From Roseburia sp. (GTDB lineage: Bacteria; Bacillota; Clostridia; Lachnospirales; Lachnospiraceae), in contig JAMOZS010000006.1 in assembly GCA_023667765.1 (NCBI GenBank), positions 537 through 64,536 of the forward strand: 64,000 bases of DNA. Reading direction: 5' to 3'. The stretch's first letter is position 1; every line of letters begins with the position of its first letter. Positions 54,383 to 62,455 of the stretch are shown here, piece after piece. Position numbers and translations under genes: made by a program. The notes beneath the pieces were generated by a model that made no database searches, had not been told where the DNA came from, and saw nothing but the letters and a program-made list of their open reading frames with translations.

Positions 54383-55327
54383 ATGGAAAGAAAAAAGAAA
54401 TTTTTTCAGGGAATGTATGATTATTATGAAGAGATTTTAAGAAAAGCCGGAGAGAAGGACATTATAATATGGGGATATGGCAAGGGCGGCGCTTTTTGCG
54501 AGTGTAGACTCAAGGAGTTGAATCCGAATGTCCGTATTCCGTATTATATTGACGAATTCCTCTATTTCCCCAATATGGCGGATTTAAATATATATCGCTC
54601 TTCCCTGCTGGATTATATAGATTCCTCCCGGTATGTTGTCTTGTTGACCATGTGGGAAAGTGAAAAGGCTCAGAAAAAAATGCGCGCCAGAGGATATAGG
54701 AAAGGGGAGACTTATTTTGACGTGCGCAGGGATATTGGGGGCAATTATCTGGAATACCTTCAGAGCGTCAACCCGGAGATTGATTTCAGGCCGGTTACCC
54801 ATCTCCAGAGACCGAATCAATTTACAGGAAACTATCATGACAGCACCCCTTTTGATTTCTGTGCCGTTGATAAGGTTTTTGAGAAAATCAGAGCGCTGGA
54901 TACAGAGAAAAGCTTTTTTGACATGGGATGCGGAAAAGGGCAGATTGTTTTAATGGCATATCTGTATGGCATGGATGTGGTTGGCGGCGTTGAATTCCTG
55001 GAGGATATTTATGAGACGGCCGGAAAAAACATGGCCTTGCTGAATATTGAGGCGGATATTTATTTGGGGGACGCCGCGGGATTTCAGGACATTGACCGGT
55101 ATAGTATTTTTTTCTTTTATAATTCTTTTTCAGGGGATATTTTGCGGGAAGTACTGAAAAATATAAAGAATAGTTATAACCGCAGACGGCGGCGGATTTA
55201 TTTTATCTATGCAAATCCGTATGAACATAAGATGCTTATGCAGGAAGGATACCGACTGTATACGCAGCTTAAAGTAGACTGCTATGACCCCTTGCTGAAT
55301 ATTTATCAGTATGGAAACGAGATATGA
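54383..55327 (+). CDS. Class I SAM methyltransferase with an N-terminal Rossmann-like module
   Basis: FFDMGCGKG, GVEF, LGDA, FFYNSF. N-terminal IIIWGYGKGG. Confidence 0.8.
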   Translation: MERKKKFFQGMYDYYEEILRKAGEKDIIIWGYGKGGAFCECRLKELNPNVRIPYYIDEFLYFPNMADLNIYRSSLLDYIDSSRYVVLLTMWESEKAQKKMRARGYRKGETYFDVRRDIGGNYLEYLQSVNPEIDFRPVTHLQRPNQFTGNYHDSTPFDFCAVDKVFEKIRALDTEKSFFDMGCGKGQIVLMAYLYGMDVVGGVEFLEDIYETAGKNMALLNIEADIYLGDAAGFQDIDRYSIFFFYNSFSGDILREVLKNIKNSYNRRRRRIYFIYANPYEHKMLMQEGYRLYTQLKVDCYDPLLNIYQYGNEI

Positions 55328-55418
55328 GGTAAGGGAAACTACGAGACAATGTCACAGTGGCTGTAAGGAAACGTGATTTGTGAGAGAAAGGTGATTCGAT
55401 ACGGGAGGGGCGGAGCCG

Positions 55419-57491
55419 ATGCCGGGTTTAGATGCTTTATATGAACATTTTCGGGATAAAAAAGTTGCCTTATACGGATTGAGTACAGAGACGGAACGGG
55501 TACTCCCCGAACTGGGGAATTATTTTCATATTATCGGTCTGCTGGACGGATTCAGGGAGGAGGGTGAAATCTATGGATTACCGATTCTGCCCTTATCCGC
55601 GGTGCTCCGGCAGCAGGCGGCCCTGATTATTGTAGTTGCCAGACCGGGCTCTTGCAGGGTGATTGCAAAACGGATTGGAGAGGTGTGCAGGGAGTCGGGA
55701 ATCGCTTTATTTGACATCAGAGGAAAGAATCTGCTGGAGGAAAGCAGGGTTTGTTATGATTTTTCGCTGCTTCCGGGATATACTCGGGGCGAATTGCTTC
55801 AGAAGATAGCTCAGGCAGATGTGGTAAGCTTTGATCTGTTTGACACCCTTGTTATGAGAAGGGTATTGTTTCCTACAGATATTTATGAATTGGTGGATAT
55901 TGCTCTCAGGAATCGGGGCGTTTCTATCAAAGGGTTTTCCAAGTTAAGGCTGGAGAGTGAAAAGGAGCTGGCAGTATCCGGTGCCCCGACTCTGGAAGAA
56001 ATATATCAGCATATGTTGAAAAAACTGGACGACGTCAATATTGCCGCATCTGAGCTTGCAGAACTGGAATGGCAGACAGACTGTAAGACCATTCTTCCAA
56101 GAACCGCTGTGTGCGAGGTGTTTTGCGAGATAGTGGAGGCCGGGAAAAGGGTATATATCGTTTCAGATACCTATTATACCTCCCCACAGCTGAATAGGCT
56201 TCTGGAACGGGCGGGAGTGAAAGGATATAAGGGGATTCTGGCTTCCTGTGAGTATGGAACGGGAAAGGTACAGCAGTTATTCGGACAGCTGAAGGAAAGT
56301 ATCGGCGCTTCCTCCTGTCTGCATATAGGGGATGATATTACGGCGGATGTGGAAGGGGCAGCCAGAGCCGGGATAGACAGCTTCCGGCTCTACAGCGGGA
56401 GTGATTTGCTGGATGCCGTGGGATATTTGGGATTGTCCGAGCATATGAACGCATTGACTGACAGACTGAAAATTGGTTTCTTTGTCTCGGAACTATTCAA
56501 TAATCCGTTTCAATTTGAAACAGAACAGAAGAGAATCGGAATATCTGATACCTATGACATCGGTTTTTTAGTCTGTGCGCCGATTATCAGTGATTTTGTC
56601 CTTTGGTTTCACAGACAGGTAAAGCGGTATGGTATACAAAATATCTGGTTTGGCGCCAGAGACGGTTATCTGCTCCAAAAGCTGTATCAGGAATTGGAGC
56701 CCGACGCCAGAACGGAATATTTCCTGACCTCAAGAACTGCGGCAATCAGGGCGGGGATATATGATAAAAGGGATATTCTGTATGTGGACGGTATGAAGTT
56801 TTCCGGAGGGCTGGAGGAGAATTTGAAGGCGAGATTCGGCCTGGAGGCGCGGGAAATTTCCGACCGGGATATTGCGTATGAAGAGGCGGGCCTGTTAAAA
56901 TATGAGAAAAGTATTTTGGAGAGTTCCGCCGTCTGGCGGGAAGGATATCAGGCATACCTTGATACATTGGAGATATCTGACGATGTCATTGCTTTTTTTG
57001 ATTTTGTGGCAAAGGGAACCACGCAGCTCTATGTTCAGAAATTAGTGAAACAACCTGTGAAGGGTTTGTATTTTCTGCAGCTGGAGCCAGGGTTTATGCA
57101 TGATAAGGGACTGGACATAGAGGCTTTTTATAAGAAGGAAGAGACGCAGAAGAGTAGTATCTATGATGACTATTATATATTGGAAACGATTTTGACTGCG
57201 CCCCATCCGAGTATCTATGGATTTGCGGACGGAGGAAAACCTGTATATGCCAAAGAGACAAGGTCGGAAGGAGATAAACGGTGTTTTCTGGGAGTACAGA
57301 ACGGGATTCTGGATTATTTTCGTCTCTATCTTGAGCTGGTGCCGAAGGACTTAAGACATGAGAACAAAAAGCTGGACGAAGTGTTTCTGAGATTGATACA
57401 TGGGCTGGAAATTACGGCTCCGGACTTTTTGTCCATGACAGTTGAGGATCCCTTTTTTAACCGCATGACGGAAATATCAGATTTGATTTAA
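55419..57491 (+). CDS. HAD-superfamily hydrolase, glycan-locus type
   Basis: SFDLFDTL, VSDTYY, HIGDD, ARDG motifs. N-terminal KVALYGL. Confidence 0.8.
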   Translation: MPGLDALYEHFRDKKVALYGLSTETERVLPELGNYFHIIGLLDGFREEGEIYGLPILPLSAVLRQQAALIIVVARPGSCRVIAKRIGEVCRESGIALFDIRGKNLLEESRVCYDFSLLPGYTRGELLQKIAQADVVSFDLFDTLVMRRVLFPTDIYELVDIALRNRGVSIKGFSKLRLESEKELAVSGAPTLEEIYQHMLKKLDDVNIAASELAELEWQTDCKTILPRTAVCEVFCEIVEAGKRVYIVSDTYYTSPQLNRLLERAGVKGYKGILASCEYGTGKVQQLFGQLKESIGASSCLHIGDDITADVEGAARAGIDSFRLYSGSDLLDAVGYLGLSEHMNALTDRLKIGFFVSELFNNPFQFETEQKRIGISDTYDIGFLVCAPIISDFVLWFHRQVKRYGIQNIWFGARDGYLLQKLYQELEPDARTEYFLTSRTAAIRAGIYDKRDILYVDGMKFSGGLEENLKARFGLEAREISDRDIAYEEAGLLKYEKSILESSAVWREGYQAYLDTLEISDDVIAFFDFVAKGTTQLYVQKLVKQPVKGLYFLQLEPGFMHDKGLDIEAFYKKEETQKSSIYDDYYILETILTAPHPSIYGFADGGKPVYAKETRSEGDKRCFLGVQNGILDYFRLYLELVPKDLRHENKKLDEVFLRLIHGLEITAPDFLSMTVEDPFFNRMTEISDLI

Positions 57492-57527
57492 AGTATAGAG
57501 CCATTCTTTAAAAAGGAGGATAAAATA

Positions 57528-58613
57528 GTGGAGAAGGAGAGCTTGCGAATAAAATCTGCCTGTGTCCAGGGGGGATATATTTGGACGGTTCCGGTTAATA
57601 TGGCCGGTTTGTATCGGATTGACCCGGTTAGTGGGGTAAGGAAATGCGTGTGCCGTCTGGAGTATGAGAATCAGGAGACATGGTATTTTACCTGCCCTGG
57701 TAAGGATAAAATATGGGGAATTTCGGAGCAAAGGAGACCGCTGAGAGTTTTTTCTTATGATTTGATGGAGGAAAAACTTGCCTATTATGAGTCCTATGGG
57801 GTTGAATCCCGTACTTACATATCCGTGGAATATGAGGGGATTATCTATTCCTTTTTTAGGGATGTGGGGGAGGGGTGCCTGTGTTTTGACACGGACAATA
57901 AAACATTTTATTTTGAACAGATATGGGAGGCTACATTAAGAAATGCGGGAGTACAAGGGAAAATATTCAGCCATTTTTGCGAGGGGGAGCATGTGTATTT
58001 TACATTGTCAGATACTTCTTACATTTTGTACTATAATTTGAGGACAAAAGAAATGAATCTCCTGGACACAGGTGTCAAGCTTCAGGGTATTGCCGTAAAA
58101 TCCGGTATATACTATTGTATTACAGCTGTGGGGCGGGAAGTGATAATGATAGACCCGGTGACAGGAAACAGTAATAAAGTGGTTGATGCTTCGGAGTGTG
58201 TACAGCCATATTTTAGGATATTCAGGCTGGGAAGTAAAATACTCCTGTTAGGGGCGAATGAGCTGGATGATTTAAACGAGGAGAAGGGAGAAATCCTGCG
58301 GTGCGAGGTATCGGGAAGTGTTGAAAGACTTTATCCAAGGAGTTCGCTGTTTGTTGCAAATTGTTCTGTGAATAGTTTGAACTGTCTGCTTCCGTTTTGC
58401 GCTGATAGATTACTGGTGTTTGATGAGAAGGGGGAGCTTCGGACAACATATTTCCCGGAGCTTATGGAGGAGGAAGTAAGGCAGCTGAACACGGAGATGT
58501 TATTGCGTAAAGGTGTGGCAGAAGAGGGTGAGGAGTTATCGCTTGAAGCATATATGAAATATTTAAAATGGCAGGAAGAGAGAGAGGTCGCTATGAAGAA
58601 AGAGGCAATGTAG
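57528..58613 (+). CDS. Hypothetical protein, beta-propeller-like
   Basis: Repeated short beta strands with aromatic residues. GTG start after AGGAGG. Confidence 0.6.
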   Translation: MEKESLRIKSACVQGGYIWTVPVNMAGLYRIDPVSGVRKCVCRLEYENQETWYFTCPGKDKIWGISEQRRPLRVFSYDLMEEKLAYYESYGVESRTYISVEYEGIIYSFFRDVGEGCLCFDTDNKTFYFEQIWEATLRNAGVQGKIFSHFCEGEHVYFTLSDTSYILYYNLRTKEMNLLDTGVKLQGIAVKSGIYYCITAVGREVIMIDPVTGNSNKVVDASECVQPYFRIFRLGSKILLLGANELDDLNEEKGEILRCEVSGSVERLYPRSSLFVANCSVNSLNCLLPFCADRLLVFDEKGELRTTYFPELMEEEVRQLNTEMLLRKGVAEEGEELSLEAYMKYLKWQEEREVAMKKEAM

Positions 58614-58641
58614 GCAAGGCCGATATGGGAGAAGCGGACTT

Positions 58642-59799
58642 ATGAGAATTTTACTCTACGAATGGGAAGCGTATTTACAGTATGATGTGAAATGGATTTG
58701 TAAAGAGAAGAGTATTTCCTTTGAAACCTTTCAATGGAAATTTGCGGACAAAAATACGGACGAGGCCTTTGAACGATGGTTTTTGCAGAATGTGGAGCCT
58801 GCCCGGTTTGACGCCTTGCTCAGCATTAATTATTGGCCCATGCTGTCTAAGATGGCTCAGGCATGTGATATGAAATATATAGCATGGTGTTATGACAATC
58901 CGCTGAATGTAATTGATTTGGAAAGGACTCTGGGGAATCCGGCAAATCATGTGTTCTTCTTTGACAGAGTGCAGACGGAAGAGTATATTCGGGCGGGCTT
59001 TGACACGGTGTATTATCTGCCTCTGGGCGTAAACAGCCAGAGATTGAGGGACCTGCCTGTTTCTGATGCGGATGTCAGGAAATATGGGGCGCAGGTATCC
59101 TTTGTGGGAAGCTTATATGAATCTCGGATGCAGGATTTACGGGCGTTGGCGGATGAATATACCCGGGGCTTTCTGGACGCGGCAATGGCTGTTCAACAGC
59201 AGATATATGGCTGTTATCTGTTGGAGGAGCTGGTAACGGAGGAAATGGTGGCTCAGTTTAACCGATATGTGCAGGAGAAACATCCGGGGACGCCTTTTCA
59301 CCTGCTCAGGGAGGCCCTGCTCTTTGCCATGGCGAGTGAGATAACCAGGAAGGAAAGGCTGGCGCTTCTTACGCTGTTAGGCAGAAGGTATGACGTCAGG
59401 CTGTATTCCTTTCATTCCAGCGAAATGCTGCAGGGCGTCCGTTGTTTTCCGCCGGTTGATTATGTCACGGAGATGCCGAAGGTATTTGCCTGTTCTGATA
59501 TCAATCTGAATCCGATACTACGCTGTATCCAGAGTGGTATCCCCTTAAGGGCGCTGGATGTGATGGGGGCGGGAGGTTTTCTGCTTTCTGCTTATCAGCC
59601 GGAACTGGTGGAGCAGTTTGTGAACGAAGAGGAAATGGTGGTCTATGAGAGCCTGGAGGACGCTGTTGCGAAAGCAGAGTTTTATATAAGACATGAGGAA
59701 CTCCGCAGAGAAATTGCGCAGAACGGAAGAGCCAGAGTGCTGAGGGATTATTCGCTGCAAAGCAGACTGCAGAGAATACTGGAAATAAGCATAAAATAA
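58642..59799 (+). CDS. CgeB/DUF3880-type glycosyltransferase (paralogue 2)
   Basis: MRILLYEW, WCYDNP, VSFVGSLYE, INLN..IQSGIPLRALDVMGAGGFLL. Confidence 0.85.
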   Translation: MRILLYEWEAYLQYDVKWICKEKSISFETFQWKFADKNTDEAFERWFLQNVEPARFDALLSINYWPMLSKMAQACDMKYIAWCYDNPLNVIDLERTLGNPANHVFFFDRVQTEEYIRAGFDTVYYLPLGVNSQRLRDLPVSDADVRKYGAQVSFVGSLYESRMQDLRALADEYTRGFLDAAMAVQQQIYGCYLLEELVTEEMVAQFNRYVQEKHPGTPFHLLREALLFAMASEITRKERLALLTLLGRRYDVRLYSFHSSEMLQGVRCFPPVDYVTEMPKVFACSDINLNPILRCIQSGIPLRALDVMGAGGFLLSAYQPELVEQFVNEEEMVVYESLEDAVAKAEFYIRHEELRREIAQNGRARVLRDYSLQSRLQRILEISIK

Positions 59800-59802
59800 T
59801 GA

Positions 59803-59967
59803 GGGAGGGGCAGATTCGTGGTAATGGATATAGAAGATTACGAGCGTGATAAAGCAGAAAAAAAACTACTGGAGAAACTGCATGAGGCAGAGGAAGCTGT
59901 TAAAGATGAAAATGGCTGGCTGACAATGGAGGAATTTCGGGAGAAGCTGCTCAGGGAATATTTGTGA
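59803..59967 (+). pseudogene. 5'-truncated Phd/YefM-type antitoxin
   Basis: Hand translation (stop)GRGRFVVMDIEDYERDKAEKKLLEKLHEAEEAVKDENGWLTMEEFREKLLREYL. N-terminal DNA-binding half and toxin are missing. Confidence 0.55.
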
Positions 59968-59982
59968 CGAAGGAGAAAGATT

Positions 59983-60639
59983 ATGCAGTTTGAACTGATG
60001 GCATCGATGATGTGTGCCAATTATGGAAATTTGGAAAGAGAGGTAAAGGAATTGGAGGCCGGCGGCATCGATTCCTTTCATATCGATATTATGGATGGTC
60101 GTTATGTGCCGAATTTCGCCATGTCGCTTAACGATATGAGCTACATAGCTTCCGTTGCCGAAAGGCCGTTGGATGTGCATTTGATGATTGAGCATCCCAA
60201 CAACAATATTCATTTGTTTATTGAAAGGCTGCGAAAGGGGGATACGATTTATATTCATCCCGAGGCGGAATATCATCCCTCTACTACCTTGCAGAAGATT
60301 ATCGATGCGGGGCTGATACCCGGAATAGCTATTAATCCGGGTACAAGCGTGGAAACCGTGATGGAGATGCTGCGCATTGTAAAGAGAGTTCTGGTTATGG
60401 CTGTCAATCCGGGAAATGCAGGACAGATGTTTATGCCCTATGTGGGCAGGAAAATTGACCGGCTGCTGGAGCTGAAGGATGAGATGGATTTTGAAATCTA
60501 TTGGGACGGCGCCTGCGGGGCGGATAAGATAAAGACATTCGCGCCTAAGGGTATCAGGGGCTTTGTTCTGGGAACCACTCTTTTGTTTGGGAAAAAACAG
60601 CCCTATGGAGAGACGCTTCAAAGAATTAGAGGGCTTTGA
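59983..60639 (+). CDS. rpe: Ribulose-phosphate 3-epimerase family protein
   Basis: ASMMCANY, FHIDIMDG.YVPN, LDVHLMI, MAVNPG, WDG motifs. Confidence 0.85.
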   Translation: MQFELMASMMCANYGNLEREVKELEAGGIDSFHIDIMDGRYVPNFAMSLNDMSYIASVAERPLDVHLMIEHPNNNIHLFIERLRKGDTIYIHPEAEYHPSTTLQKIIDAGLIPGIAINPGTSVETVMEMLRIVKRVLVMAVNPGNAGQMFMPYVGRKIDRLLELKDEMDFEIYWDGACGADKIKTFAPKGIRGFVLGTTLLFGKKQPYGETLQRIRGL

Positions 60640-60701
60640 GACTGAGAAGACTTTGAGGATTAGAGGGATTTTAGGATGAAAAGGCTTGAGGATGAAGGAG
60701 A

Positions 60702-61382
60702 ATGAATATTGCGTTGATTCTGTCAGGGGGGAGCGGCAGCAGGCTTGGGGGAGATATACCGAAACAGTATCAGAAGGTGAAAGAGCGGCCGATTCTCTCC
60801 TATTGTCTGGATACGTTTGAAAAGCATACCCGGATTCATGCCATACAGATTGTGGCCGGACAGGAGTGGGAGGATTCTATCCGCGATTGGGCGGGAGAGA
60901 AGCTGAAGGGCTTTTCGAGACCCGGCGCCACGAGGCAGCTGTCAATCTGGAATGGCTTGCAGGACATTTTGAAATATGCCTGTAACGAGGATGTGGTTAT
61001 CATTCATGATGGGGCAAGGCCGTTGGTATCGTCCCGTATCATAGAGGATTGTCTGTCGGCCTGTGAAACACATGACGGGGCGTTACCGGTGCTGCCAATG
61101 AAGGATACGGTATATCAGGGGGAGGGAGGCAGGATTACCTCTCTTCTGGAGCGGCAGAAGCTATATGCGGGGCAGGCGCCGGAGGCGTTTGTGCTGGGGA
61201 GCTATGTAAGGGCCAATCAAATGCTGTTCCCCCAGGATATTTTAGGCGTAAATGGCTCAACGGAGCCGGCAATCATGGCAGGCTTGGACATAGCCCTGGT
61301 GGACGGCGACGAATCGAACTTTAAGATTACCACAAGAGAAGATTTACTGCGATTCCGGCAGATGATGGAGAAGAAGATATGA
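60702..61382 (+). CDS. IspD/TarI-family polyol-phosphate cytidylyltransferase
   Basis: ILSGGSGSRLGGDIPKQY, IHDGARPLV, QAPE, NFKITTREDL. Confidence 0.88.
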   Translation: MNIALILSGGSGSRLGGDIPKQYQKVKERPILSYCLDTFEKHTRIHAIQIVAGQEWEDSIRDWAGEKLKGFSRPGATRQLSIWNGLQDILKYACNEDVVIIHDGARPLVSSRIIEDCLSACETHDGALPVLPMKDTVYQGEGGRITSLLERQKLYAGQAPEAFVLGSYVRANQMLFPQDILGVNGSTEPAIMAGLDIALVDGDESNFKITTREDLLRFRQMMEKKI

Positions 61383-62425
61383 AGGCTTTTGTATTGCATG
61401 CAATAAAGGATTTTAGGTTGGAGGAGGTAAATCGGCCGGTTCCGGAACCGGGAGAGGCGCTTGTCAGGGTGAGAGCCGCCGGTATCTGCGGTTCGGACAT
61501 TCCCCGGATTTATCGTACGGGAACCTATCATTATCCATTGATACCGGGGCATGAGTTTTCCGGGGAGGTAGCAGAGCTGGGCGCAGGAGTGGATAAGAAA
61601 TGGCTGGGTAAGCGGGTAGGCGTATTTCCCCTGATTCCCTGTAAAAGCTGTTCTGCCTGCGGTGCAAAGCGGTATGAGCTTTGTAAGAACTATAATTATC
61701 TGGGCTCCAGAACAGCCGGCGGTTTCGCGGAATATGTAAGGGTTCCTGTCTGGAATCTGATAGAATTGCCGGACCGGGTTACCTTTGAACAGGCAGCCAT
61801 GCTGGAGCCTATGTCTGTGGCGGCGCATGCCATTCGTCGGCTTTCCGTGAGAAAAGAGGATTCGATACTGGTCTGTGGTCAGGGAACCATCGGACTGTTT
61901 ATTGTGATGCTTTTGAGAGAGATGGGATGCCATTTGGTATATGTGGCAGGGAATAAGGATTTTCAGCTCCTGCAGGCAGGGCGGCTGGGGATTCCCAGGG
62001 AGCATTGCTGTGATGTGAGAGAAGCTGTTTTGGAGGATTGGGTGGCGGACAGGACGCAGGGAGAAGGTGTGGATGTATTCTTTGACTGTGTGGGGAAGAA
62101 CGAGGTTTTGGAGCAGGGGTTGAACAGTCTGGCGGCGGAGGGCAGAATGATGCTGGTGGGGAATCCGGCGTCGGATGTGGAACTCTCCAGAAATGTATAT
62201 TGGAAAATATTGCGCAGACAGTTGAAGCTGCAGGGGACATGGAATTCTTCCTATACCCATGAGACTTCCGACGACTGGCATTATGTGCTGGAGCGGCTGG
62301 AGAAGGGGAGAATCAGGCCGGAGGAAATGATTACCCACAGACTGCCCTTGGGCGAACTGATGCAGGGGTTCGAGATGATGAGAGACAAGAAGGGCGATTT
62401 TGTGAAAGTGATGGGGGTATGGTAA
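61379..62425 (+). CDS. Zn-dependent polyol-phosphate dehydrogenase (GatD/TarJ-like)
   Basis: GICGSD, GHEFSG, C..C..C...RYELC, EP, GQGTIG. Confidence 0.85.
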   Translation: MKAFVLHAIKDFRLEEVNRPVPEPGEALVRVRAAGICGSDIPRIYRTGTYHYPLIPGHEFSGEVAELGAGVDKKWLGKRVGVFPLIPCKSCSACGAKRYELCKNYNYLGSRTAGGFAEYVRVPVWNLIELPDRVTFEQAAMLEPMSVAAHAIRRLSVRKEDSILVCGQGTIGLFIVMLLREMGCHLVYVAGNKDFQLLQAGRLGIPREHCCDVREAVLEDWVADRTQGEGVDVFFDCVGKNEVLEQGLNSLAAEGRMMLVGNPASDVELSRNVYWKILRRQLKLQGTWNSSYTHETSDDWHYVLERLEKGRIRPEEMITHRLPLGELMQGFEMMRDKKGDFVKVMGVW

Positions 62426-62455
62426 AAAGGTAAGCAGACGCAGCATTGTTGTACC

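Noticed and set aside
58619-58626. GCCGATAT upstream of CgeB paralogue 2 as a sigma28 promoter
   Set aside because: There is no TAAA at the right spacing, and the implied start site would fall downstream of the RBS.
58627-58641. gggagaagcggactt resembling hairpin C of the repeat
   Set aside because: Only 11 nt match and the second arm is absent, so this could be chance.
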